From assembly GCA_964449605.1 (NCBI GenBank), contig CAYUZG010000001.1, positions 1 through 48,279 of the forward strand: 48,279 nt of DNA. Direction: 5' to 3'. Of the stretch, positions 15,277-23,693 are shown in pieces. The DNA comes from an uncultured Verrucomicrobiota bacterium (GTDB lineage Bacteria > Auribacterota > JABMQX01 > JAFGEW01). A program made the translations under genes and the position numbers. Numbering within the stretch: position 1 is the stretch's first letter; the number at the start of each line of letters is the position of its first letter. The notes below the pieces were generated by a model. It was not told the origin of the DNA. It worked only from the letters and a program-made list of their open reading frames with translations, and did not search any database.

Positions 15277-17211
15277 ATGCACATGCCGCACGCCACGCGA
15301 GCGTTCGGTCCGGCGCAGAGCGGCGGGCCCAGGGGGACCCGCCCTACACCGCTGTCGCGTCGCTTGTGTTGTCATGATGTAGGGCGGGTCGCCCCCGGCC
15401 CGCCGAACTCCGTGCAGGACGACCGGCTCGACACCCGCAGCCGAGACGGCGCGTGGCCGACTTCCGCTCTCTTGCTGCTGGCCATGGTCGTCATCGTCAT
15501 GTCCGTATCGCCGGCAGCCGTTGGCCAGGAGGTGCTTCTCGACGGGTATCGGCGCGTCGAGGGCCTCATGCTGTTCCCGGCGCTCAACGAGCCGAACGTC
15601 TACTACTACCTGCCGAACCGGCCTCGGGTCGCCACGGGCAAGAACGGCAAGCCCGAGTTCAGCTTCATGCGATACGCCTACACGACCAACGAGGCGCGCG
15701 CCTCGAGCGCGGGCGGCATCCAGGAAGCCGGCGGCGGCGGCATCCTCCACTTCCTCGTCACGTACGAGGTGCCCGAGGAGGACATCCACAAGGCGGCCGC
15801 CAAGCTGCAGGAGGAGAACGAGGACGCCCGCATCGCCGGCCCGATCATCTACAAGGCGGGCGAGTTCGCGCTCGTCACCTCGATCACCGACGAGGAGGGC
15901 AAGCTCGCCAAGCGGCTCTGCGGCGTCGGCAAGGCGCCGCTCATCGAGGGCAACAAGGCCGCCGTGAGCATCGAGCTCACGAAGATGGGCGCGTCGCTGT
16001 TGTGGGAAAGCTTCAAGATGGACAACCCCGACATCTCACTCGTGTTCACGATGGAGGTCTACGCCTACCGCCAGCCGTACGAGGCCGAGATGCGCGTGCA
16101 CTGGGACAAGGTGCACAAGGAGGAGGGGTTTGACGTCGGCGCCAAGATACTCGTCATCGGCGCCGACGTCGAGATGATGGTCGACAATCTCTACGAGACC
16201 GGCGCGATCGAGATCGTCACGCGCGGCGAGCACGGCACGCTCGACGCCATCATCGAGAAGGCGAACGCGAAGCTGCTCGACATCATGTTCGAGAAGCAAC
16301 CGCCGACGCCGCCGACGCCGGCTGAGGAGCCGGGCCTGGTCGACGCGCTCGTCGGCGCCGTCACGGGCCGGCGCAGCAGCGGCGGCATCGGCAGCGTGTT
16401 CTCGGCGCACGCCTCGTACAAGATGCGCGACTTCAAGCGGACGGGCACGCTCGTGATGAACCTGAACCACTACTCGTCCGAGGAGATGACGACGGTCATG
16501 GCGGCCAACATCGGCGACCTGTGGCGGCGCTACAGCAACGACCCGTCGATGTTCAAAACCGTCACCATCGACGACCCGCTCTACAAGCAGCGCGAGATCT
16601 ACGTGACCATCGACGGCGCGACGGCCGCCGATTTCAAGGACTACATCAACTACGTCTCGGTCAAGCTGCGCAAGCAGCACGCCGGCGGCGCGCTCTCGGT
16701 CGACGAGATCGTCCTCGACGCGGTCAAGTTCAACGAGAACAAGAACAGCTACCGCAGCGTGTACGCGTGGAAAGACGACGTGAGCATGGAGGACTGGCTC
16801 AAGTACGAGTACAAGACCGTCTGGCACTACCGGGGCAACCTGCGCTCCGAGAGCGACTGGATCCCGGAGTCGACGTCCGTGCTCGCCGTCGCGCCGACGG
16901 CCGTCAACCGGCGCATCTCGATCGAGGGCGATCCGGGCATCCTCGAGGACGAGGGCGTCCGCTACGCGAAGCTCGATTTCCGCTACACGATCTTCGGCGA
17001 GCCGAAGCGCAAGCAGCTCACGATCCGCACGCGCGCCGGCTCGTTCCCGCAGACGTTCGACTACATCGCCGAGGTCGGCAACTTCGACTACACCTACGAC
17101 CTCACGTGGGTCCTGCGCGGCGGCACGACGCTCGAAGCCAAGGACGTCACCGAGAGCGCAGAAGTGATCTACGTCGACGAGCTGCCGCAGCCACAGGAGG
17201 TGGCCGAATGA
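15277..17211 (+). CDS. secreted or membrane-anchored protein, long member of the YYYxP paralogue family
   Basis: ATG lies 3 nt after the upstream stop, with GAGGAGGA 7 nt upstream. A ~60-aa basic/Pro-rich extension precedes the hydrophobic ALLLLAMVVIVMSVSPAAVG. Motifs: VYYYLPNRP (15601-15609), GGILHFLVTY, GKAPLIEGNKAAVSIELTKMGASLLWESFK, TIDDPLYKQREIYVTIDG...INYVSVKLRKQ...YEYKTVW. Ends in VIYVDELPQPQEVAE. Confidence 0.8.
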   Translation: MHMPHATRAFGPAQSGGPRGTRPTPLSRRLCCHDVGRVAPGPPNSVQDDRLDTRSRDGAWPTSALLLLAMVVIVMSVSPAAVGQEVLLDGYRRVEGLMLFPALNEPNVYYYLPNRPRVATGKNGKPEFSFMRYAYTTNEARASSAGGIQEAGGGGILHFLVTYEVPEEDIHKAAAKLQEENEDARIAGPIIYKAGEFALVTSITDEEGKLAKRLCGVGKAPLIEGNKAAVSIELTKMGASLLWESFKMDNPDISLVFTMEVYAYRQPYEAEMRVHWDKVHKEEGFDVGAKILVIGADVEMMVDNLYETGAIEIVTRGEHGTLDAIIEKANAKLLDIMFEKQPPTPPTPAEEPGLVDALVGAVTGRRSSGGIGSVFSAHASYKMRDFKRTGTLVMNLNHYSSEEMTTVMAANIGDLWRRYSNDPSMFKTVTIDDPLYKQREIYVTIDGATAADFKDYINYVSVKLRKQHAGGALSVDEIVLDAVKFNENKNSYRSVYAWKDDVSMEDWLKYEYKTVWHYRGNLRSESDWIPESTSVLAVAPTAVNRRISIEGDPGILEDEGVRYAKLDFRYTIFGEPKRKQLTIRTRAGSFPQTFDYIAEVGNFDYTYDLTWVLRGGTTLEAKDVTESAEVIYVDELPQPQEVAE

Positions 17212-17699
17212 GCACACTGAGGCGCATCCTGATCCCGATGGCAGCTGCGCTTGCGCTGTGGATTCTTGCCTTCGGAGGCTACCTGGGTCATCGCGCCATC
17301 GAGGGGGACACGGGACTGAAACCTGGTCGCGCCATGATCGTGCCGATGATGACCTTCTTTCTTGCTGGCGTGGTTCTGATGGGCATCGGCCTCGAGCGGA
17401 CTCGCAGAAGGTTCGGAAGCTGGCGACGCTGGACGGCGCATGACCGCGCGCGCCCACTGCGCTTCAGGCCGGGAGCCTTGGGGTGGTCCCTGTGGGTCCT
17501 CACCTTCGGGATGATCGTGGGGCACGCGCTTGGGAAAGGTGAATCAGCCATAACTATAGGGATGAGCATCCTGGTACCGGTGATGCTTTGTGCGGTCATC
17601 GGATTCGGCCGAACGGGAGAACTGTCGAGTGAGGAAGAGCGCATCATCGCATCAGGACAAGAACCCACGCAGGATGACAAGGAAGCAATACATCCGTAA
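17208..17699 (+). CDS. 4-TM membrane protein, translationally coupled (ATGA) to the preceding paralogue
   Basis: The ATG at 17208 overlaps the TGA at 17209-17211. It is in frame with the tail of track ORF 16521..17699. It has four hydrophobic segments arranged as two similar 2-TM halves. Confidence 0.6.
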   Translation: MSTLRRILIPMAAALALWILAFGGYLGHRAIEGDTGLKPGRAMIVPMMTFFLAGVVLMGIGLERTRRRFGSWRRWTAHDRARPLRFRPGALGWSLWVLTFGMIVGHALGKGESAITIGMSILVPVMLCAVIGFGRTGELSSEEERIIASGQEPTQDDKEAIHP

Positions 17700-17727
17700 C
17701 CTCGACGAGAGGAAGGAGAGAGGAATC

Positions 17728-17808
17728 ATGGCTTGGATGAAGCATGTGTGGCTCGTCGTGTACGTCGACGAGCTGCCGCCGCCGGGCCAAGAGGACGGAA
17801 GCGAATGA
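17728..17808 (+). pseudogene. 26-codon remnant of the C-terminus of a YYYxP-family gene (MAWMKHVWLVVYVDELPPPGQEDGSE)
   Basis: The 19-nt string TACGTCGACGAGCTGCCGC at 17761-17779 is identical to 17170-17188, at the end of 15277..17211. It encodes the same YVDELP tail (compare IIYCDELPEN at the end of 25152..27863). A purine-rich RBS-like run (GAGAGGAAGGAGAGAGGAATC) precedes the ATG, so it may still be translated as a micro-ORF. Confidence 0.4.
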
Positions 17809-17834
17809 AGCTGGCAGTTTCCGGGTCTTGAGCA

Positions 17835-18698
17835 ATGAGCGATGCTGGTGAGGAGAGAGGCAAGGTGCGGCTGCTGGTCATCGGCTGGGGTCTGCTCGCG
17901 TTCTTCGTCTTGGCCGTCGTTCGGATGATGCTCATGGTGGATGACGTGACGACGGCGGGCTTCGGCCTCGGTGCAATCGTGGTGGCCGGGCTGTGGACCC
18001 TGTTCGTCGACAGGAGTCGTTGCACCGAGCGCGCGACCCGCACTCGCGTGTCTACATCCCTCGCCTTGGTCGTGGTCGCCCTTGTCGCGGTCGGCCTTGC
18101 TGTAGCCAGATACCTGGTCCTTGTCGGGCCCCAAGGCTCGTCAGCAAGCTGGACCATGCTTCTGGCCTACTTCTGCCTCTTCCTGGGTGTGACGGTGTTC
18201 TCAGGAGCCGGCTTCGCGTTCGCACGAGGGCTTCTCTCGCCGGTCACCCGAGGACGGGCGCCCGGCGAGACGAGCGCCGAGCCTGCGCCCAGCCGACCGA
18301 AGAAGGCACAGCTTGCTCAGGCCATCGCTTATTGGGCCATGGCGCTCATCAGTCCTTGGGTTTTCTTTGGAAGATGGCTTGTCTTGGCTTTGTGCGCGCT
18401 CTCGGTAATCGTCCTTGCCTCGGGTGCCACCTTCATCTTCTACCGGCCGGGGAAGCAAGAGACGCGCCCCGACGCTGTGCGCGCTTGCGGGAGGGCAGAT
18501 GCCCTTGTCACGGCGCTCATCGCGTTCGTGATCCTGGCGATGGTTGTCGGAGCCGTGTGGGAGCTGGCGCACCGAGGCACGGGGCCGCATGTCGTGGATT
18601 ACGTGCTCTTGCTCGTGTTCCCCGCTGTGGTTGCCTGCGTGAGTGCACGCGACGCGAAAGAGTTTCTCTGCAGGAGAAGGCTAACAGAATCGGTGTAA
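17835..18698 (+). CDS. ~8-TM polytopic membrane protein
   Basis: Contains multiple hydrophobic helices in 2-TM units, similar in style to 17208..17699. Same strand as its neighbours, with a 26-bp gap after the remnant. Confidence 0.6.
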   Translation: MSDAGEERGKVRLLVIGWGLLAFFVLAVVRMMLMVDDVTTAGFGLGAIVVAGLWTLFVDRSRCTERATRTRVSTSLALVVVALVAVGLAVARYLVLVGPQGSSASWTMLLAYFCLFLGVTVFSGAGFAFARGLLSPVTRGRAPGETSAEPAPSRPKKAQLAQAIAYWAMALISPWVFFGRWLVLALCALSVIVLASGATFIFYRPGKQETRPDAVRACGRADALVTALIAFVILAMVVGAVWELAHRGTGPHVVDYVLLLVFPAVVACVSARDAKEFLCRRRLTESV

Positions 18699-18729
18699 AG
18701 ACGAACTCGACAATAGGGAGGCAGCAACA

Positions 18730-20850
18730 ATGGCTCGGATGACGCACGTATGGATTGCCGTGGCGGCGTGTGTGGGCTTGGCGCTGGTGGCGGCGCCGGC
18801 GCTGGCGCGGCCGCTGTACCACGAGATGACGACGATCACGCTCGACGACGGGACGATCGTCAACCTGATCCTCGACGACAAGGGGATGCCGTCGCCGCCG
18901 CCGCGCGACACGATGCCGAAGCGGGTCAATTGGCCGCAGCAGAAGATCATGGAGTTCCAGGCGAAGCGGCAGCCGTTCGACTCGCCGAGCCAGGGTGGCG
19001 CCGCACCGGCACCGCCGCCCGTGCGGCGGCTCGAGCGCGACCCGAAGGGGATCGAGAACTTCCGCGACCACAGGGCCGGCAAGTTCCTGTGGGCGCGCGT
19101 GGTCAAGATCCCGGAGAAGCATTACTACTACCTGCCGCCGTCGCCGCACGTGTCGAGGGACGCGAAGGGCCGGCCGCAATTCCTCTTCATCAAGTTCACG
19201 ACGGAGAAGAGCGAGGAGGAAGGCGGCGTGAGCGGCGGCATCCTGCACTTCCTGTGTGAGTACGGCCTGACGGCCGCGCAGGAGAAGGAGCTCGGCGAGA
19301 AGCTCAAGAAGCAGATCCCGGGCGCGAAGCTCATGGGCGCCCTGCCGATGGAGCTCGGGAGCGAGGAGAACTCGTTCCGCATCATCTCGGCCACGCTCAC
19401 CGACGACGGCTTCACGCGCTCGCTCATCTCGTCGGGCAAGGCGCCCATCCTGCCCGGCATGAAGGTGGCCGCCGCCGCCCGGCTCGATGCGCGCGGCGCC
19501 GTGCTGCTCGAGGAGACGCTCAAGAAGCCGACGAGCGACATCTCGGTCGAGTTCGATCTCGCGTACACCGCGTTCCTGCCGGCGTTCGACGGGACGATCT
19601 CGATCGAGTGGAGCAAGATGTGGAGCAGCTTCGAGCAGTACTCGCTCGAGTACCAGCACTGGCAGACGAGCAAGGGCCGCGGCGGGCTGCTCGGCAAGAT
19701 GTGGGACGGGCTGTTCGGCAAGAAGAAGGAGGACCACTACAGCTACGACGAAGTCCAGAGCCTGTACGACTTCATGTGCGAGCAGGAGCTCGTCAACATC
19801 GAGTGGACCGAGGAGATCGTCGACGAGCGCATCAACCTGATCCGCGAGGCGTTCATGAAGCTGTTCACCGACATGTTCATGAACCGCCAGGCCGAGGAGA
19901 TGGACTTCGCCAACGTCGGGGACGAGGAGGACGGGGGCGAGAAGGTCGACTGGAAGGAGAAGGCCCGCGGCCGCACGTTCAACGTCGACAGCTACACACT
20001 CAAGAGCAGCGAGCAGTTCCGCGACGTCAAGTACCACCTGCGCACGAACCTGCCGATCAAAGTGCCGTACACGGCCGTCGGCAACATCAGCGGCGACTGG
20101 TTCCGCCAGGCCAAGCGCGAGTACCCGGATTGCTTCGCCGAGATCAACCTCGACGATCCGTTCTTCCAGCACCGGCACGTGATCTTCGGCCTCGACCTCG
20201 ACGCCGTCGACATCTTTGGGGAGATGGCCAACCACGTCACCGTCGAGGTGCGCAAGAAGCGGGCGAGCGGACGCGACTTCCACGACTCGCTCACCTTCAA
20301 CAAGGCCTACCTCGAGTCGAACGGCGTCTCGGGCACGATCACCTACGCAAAGATGCGCGACGACGATCCGGGCGCCTTCGAGTGGAAGGCGCAGTGGAGC
20401 ATGCGCGGCGGCCGGCTGTTCCCGAAGAACCCGAGCTGGCAGAAGGGCGACTGGGAGGGGATCACGCTCACGCCGCCGATCGCGCCGATGCTCGTCGAGG
20501 TCGGTACCGACCTCGAGGACATGAAGGAGCTCGACTTCATGGGCGTCACCGTCAAGCTGCGCTACCGCCAGTACGATCGGACCTACGACGACCCGGAGAC
20601 GATCCGTCTCTACGTCGCCAAGGGCGAGCCGATGGGCGAGCACCGGATCTACGTCGACCGCGACGCGATGAAGTACGACTACCAGATCACCTGGCACCAC
20701 AAGACCGAGGGTCGCATGGAGCAGCCCTGGGTCCGCAGCGTCTCGGACGGCTACATCTACTGCGTCATCCCCGACGACTTGCGCACGCGCATCATGCGCA
20801 AGCTCGAGGAGGCGATTGAGGAGAAAGTTGACGAAGTCCTCGACGACTAA
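18730..20850 (+). CDS. secreted protein, long member of the YYYxP paralogue family
   Basis: RBS GGGAGGCAGCAACA-ATG. Signal peptide MARMTHVWIAVAACVGLALVAAPALA. Motifs: HYYYLPPSP (19123-19131), GGILHFLCEY, GKAPILPGMKVAAAARLDARGAVLLEETLK, NLDDPFFQHRHVIFGLD...ANHVTVEVRKK...YDYQITW. Acidic tail. Confidence 0.8.
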   Translation: MARMTHVWIAVAACVGLALVAAPALARPLYHEMTTITLDDGTIVNLILDDKGMPSPPPRDTMPKRVNWPQQKIMEFQAKRQPFDSPSQGGAAPAPPPVRRLERDPKGIENFRDHRAGKFLWARVVKIPEKHYYYLPPSPHVSRDAKGRPQFLFIKFTTEKSEEEGGVSGGILHFLCEYGLTAAQEKELGEKLKKQIPGAKLMGALPMELGSEENSFRIISATLTDDGFTRSLISSGKAPILPGMKVAAAARLDARGAVLLEETLKKPTSDISVEFDLAYTAFLPAFDGTISIEWSKMWSSFEQYSLEYQHWQTSKGRGGLLGKMWDGLFGKKKEDHYSYDEVQSLYDFMCEQELVNIEWTEEIVDERINLIREAFMKLFTDMFMNRQAEEMDFANVGDEEDGGEKVDWKEKARGRTFNVDSYTLKSSEQFRDVKYHLRTNLPIKVPYTAVGNISGDWFRQAKREYPDCFAEINLDDPFFQHRHVIFGLDLDAVDIFGEMANHVTVEVRKKRASGRDFHDSLTFNKAYLESNGVSGTITYAKMRDDDPGAFEWKAQWSMRGGRLFPKNPSWQKGDWEGITLTPPIAPMLVEVGTDLEDMKELDFMGVTVKLRYRQYDRTYDDPETIRLYVAKGEPMGEHRIYVDRDAMKYDYQITWHHKTEGRMEQPWVRSVSDGYIYCVIPDDLRTRIMRKLEEAIEEKVDEVLDD

Positions 20851-20898
20851 CACAGCCAGAGTCGTCCAAGAGCGGATCGGGCTGCGAGAGGTCAGACT

Positions 20899-22185
20899 GT
20901 GAAGACAGGCGCAGTGTGCGTCACGGTGCTCGCCGTGCTGCTGTTGACGGCGGCCCATGCCGCGGCCACCGGGATCGAGGGTGATCCCGAAGCGGCGCGG
21001 CCGATCAACGATCGCGCCGTGCAGGCCTATGGGGCCGGCAACTACGCCGAGGCGGCCCGGTTGTTCGAGCAGGCGTACGAGGCCTACCACCACCCGCAGT
21101 TCCTCTACAACGCGGGCCAGTCGTACCGGCGCGCCGGCAGCTACGTCGAGGCGGTTGGCGCCTACTCGCGCCACCTGCTGGAGGCTGGCAGCGCCGGCCT
21201 GCAGCCCGACACGACCGCCTACATCCACATGGGCGAATGCATGCTGCGACAGAACCGCCGTGCCGAGGCGAACCAGTTCTTCGAACGCTATCTGCGCGAG
21301 GAAGAAGCGCGTTCGGGCCGAACGGACATCCCCGAAGACGCTGAGGTCGCCCGCCGCGCGATCGCGACCGGGCAGTTCCCGAGCGAACAGGACCGGCGCG
21401 ACCCCGACCAGTTGCGGCAAGCGCAGGCGCTGTTCGACCGCGCTCGTGCCGTCGGCTCCGGCGACGTGGCCCGAGCCGCCGAGATGTACATGGATGGCTG
21501 GCGCCGCTACCAGATGCCGGAGTTTCTCTGGAACGCCGCCTTCTACTACCAGTTCGCCGACAACCTCGAGCAAGCAGCCGCGCGCTTTAGGGAGTACCTG
21601 CAGACCCCCGGCGCCGATCCCGAGGGCTACTTCGCACTCGGCATGGTGCTGGTGAGCCTGGGCCAAAGCGACGAGGCGCGCCAGGCCCTCGAGCGCTACC
21701 TCCAACTGCGGCCTAGAGGCCAGAACGTCCGAGGCGCGCGCGAGCAACTGAGACTCCTGACCGAAGGCAGCGGCCCGAGCGCCGACGACGTCCGGCGAGC
21801 GCGAGAGGCGTTCGCGACCGGCCAGCGGCTCTATCGCGCGGGCCAGTTCCAGCAGGCGCTCCCGCATTTCACGACCGCCTACCAGCTCACGCATGACCGC
21901 GCCGCGCACTTCAACATCGCCATGTGCTGCCAGGAGCTCCACAACTGGCAGGAGGCGGCGAACCAATGGGACGCGTACGCGCGCGCCGGCGACCAGGGCG
22001 GCGACGCCGTCACCCACCTGTTCGCCGCGCGCGCCATGCTGGAGGTCGGCAACACGAGCGGCGCGCGCCAGCACGTCCAAGCCTTCTTGAGGCTGGCCGA
22101 CCAGCACGAGCTGCCGGCCGAGCAGGCGAACCGCCGGTACGCTGAAGGCCTGACGCGCGACATTGATCGCGAGGAAGCTCGATAA
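20899..22185 (+). CDS. secreted TPR-repeat protein (paralogue 1 of 3)
   Basis: GTG start with RBS GAGAGGTCAGACT. Signal peptide MKTGAVCVTVLAVLLLTAAHAAA. Three internal ~125-aa TPR-like modules (A..AY..G.Y.EAA.LF..AY....P.F.YN.G......Y..A...Y..YL). Confidence 0.8.
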   Translation: MKTGAVCVTVLAVLLLTAAHAAATGIEGDPEAARPINDRAVQAYGAGNYAEAARLFEQAYEAYHHPQFLYNAGQSYRRAGSYVEAVGAYSRHLLEAGSAGLQPDTTAYIHMGECMLRQNRRAEANQFFERYLREEEARSGRTDIPEDAEVARRAIATGQFPSEQDRRDPDQLRQAQALFDRARAVGSGDVARAAEMYMDGWRRYQMPEFLWNAAFYYQFADNLEQAAARFREYLQTPGADPEGYFALGMVLVSLGQSDEARQALERYLQLRPRGQNVRGAREQLRLLTEGSGPSADDVRRAREAFATGQRLYRAGQFQQALPHFTTAYQLTHDRAAHFNIAMCCQELHNWQEAANQWDAYARAGDQGGDAVTHLFAARAMLEVGNTSGARQHVQAFLRLADQHELPAEQANRRYAEGLTRDIDREEAR

Positions 22186-22250
22186 GGAGGCCAGTAGCAC
22201 CCACGACTTGGAGCACGGAGAAACACAGGCCCGGAACTGGAGAGACGATC

Positions 22251-23594
22251 ATGAGAAGACAAGTGGCGTTCGTCGTTTCCTTGCTGCTGCTGGCACTGTG
22301 GGTCAGCAGCGACGTGGCCCTTGGCACAGAGACAGAGGAAGCCGGCGGCACGACTGCCGGCTCGAGCGGACCGGCGATCGCGGGCGATCCGGCCGTGGCG
22401 CGCCCGATATTCATCCAAGCCAGGGACGCCTTCGCACGCGGCGAATACGCGGAAGCAGCTCGGCTGTTCCGGCGCTCGTTCGAGGCCTATCGCGACTGGC
22501 GACTGATCTACAACGTGGGCCAGGCGCTTCGGCGCGGCGGCCAGTACGAGGACGCTATCACCGCGTACCGCGAGTACCTACAGAACGCGCCGAATGCCGA
22601 CAACCTGGCGCATATCCACATCGGCGAGTGCCTCGTGCGCCTCAATCGCCGCGAGGAGGCGAACCAGTCTTTTCGCCGCTACCTCGCGCTCGAGGAGAAC
22701 GGCGAGTTCGCCGGCGCGGCCCAGCGCGCCATCGACACGGGCCAGGCGCCCAGCGCAAATGACCGGCGCGACCTCGAGACCGTGCGCGCGGCGGGGCAGG
22801 TGGTCGACCGGGCCGACGCGCTCTGGGATGCAGAGCGATTCGCGGAAGCAGCCCGCGTGTTCCTCGATGGCTACCGGCAGTTTCCCGACCTGCACGAGCT
22901 GCTCTACAACGCCGGCCTCGCCTACCTCGACGCCAGGATGTGGCGCGAGGCGGCCCAGGCATTCGCGCGCTACGTTCGCACACCGGGCGCCGACCACGAC
23001 GCCCTGGCGTTCCTCGCCGAGTGCCACGACGAGCTCTTCGAGTTCGCCGACGCCGTCCAGACCTATGAGCGTTACATCGAGGTCGAGCCCAACGGGACGT
23101 ATGCCGACGTGGCGCGCGACTACGTCCGCGCCATCATGGGGCCGTCGACCGGAAGCGAACACCGCGGACAACCCCCGTCGCGCGAGGACGTGGAGAACGC
23201 CGAACGCCTGTACACCGAAGCGATGCAGCAGTACCGCGAAGGGCACTACGAACAGGCGCGGCGCGCGTTCGAGGCCGCATACATGTCCGTGCACGACCGC
23301 AACCTGTACTTCAATATGGGCCGCTGCGACGAGCAGCTCAGGAACTGGGCGGGCGCTCGCGCTTCCTATCAGAGCTATCTCGAGGCCGGCGACCAAGGCC
23401 GGGCGGCCTCAGGGCACCTGTTCCTGGCGCGCGTGCTCCTGCACTTGAGCGAATGGAGCGAGGCATCGCGCCACATCCGCGCCTACGTCGACCGCGCCAA
23501 CGCCGAGCTCCTGCCAAACGAGATCGCCGACCTCCGCTGGGCGCGCGAGCTGCTCCAGCAGGCAAACACCCACAGCACGGGAGACGACGACTAG
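22251..23594 (+). CDS. secreted TPR-repeat protein (paralogue 2 of 3)
   Basis: RBS GGAGAGACGATC-ATG. Signal peptide MRRQVAFVVSLLLLALWVSSDVALG. Same three-module layout, and the C-terminus carries ELLPNE. Confidence 0.8.
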   Translation: MRRQVAFVVSLLLLALWVSSDVALGTETEEAGGTTAGSSGPAIAGDPAVARPIFIQARDAFARGEYAEAARLFRRSFEAYRDWRLIYNVGQALRRGGQYEDAITAYREYLQNAPNADNLAHIHIGECLVRLNRREEANQSFRRYLALEENGEFAGAAQRAIDTGQAPSANDRRDLETVRAAGQVVDRADALWDAERFAEAARVFLDGYRQFPDLHELLYNAGLAYLDARMWREAAQAFARYVRTPGADHDALAFLAECHDELFEFADAVQTYERYIEVEPNGTYADVARDYVRAIMGPSTGSEHRGQPPSREDVENAERLYTEAMQQYREGHYEQARRAFEAAYMSVHDRNLYFNMGRCDEQLRNWAGARASYQSYLEAGDQGRAASGHLFLARVLLHLSEWSEASRHIRAYVDRANAELLPNEIADLRWARELLQQANTHSTGDDD

Positions 23595-23693
23595 CGCCCG
23601 ACGGGGCGACGCGCGACGAGGAGACAGACGCATGACCCGATGCCGGTCAAGAGCGACTGAAGTAACGATCTGATCCGAAGGGAAGACGTCATT

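Noticed and set aside
15340-15375. Possible twin-arginine (Tat) signal, LSRRLCC, in the N-terminal extension of the 15277 product.
   Set aside because: The RR pair is not followed by the F-L-K-type consensus and lies ~35 residues upstream of the hydrophobic segment. That is not a credible Tat signal.
18517-22200. 1227-aa ORF on the minus strand spanning two paralogue/TPR genes. Similar giant antisense ORFs occur at 9971..12316, 13369..15789, 16036..17457 and 25068..27737.
   Set aside because: These are typical high-GC antisense artefacts. Their translations are monotonous R/A/G/V/L/D/H-rich strings with no motifs, signal peptides or RBS. The + strand frames, by contrast, have RBSs, signal peptides, mutual paralogy and tight operon spacing.
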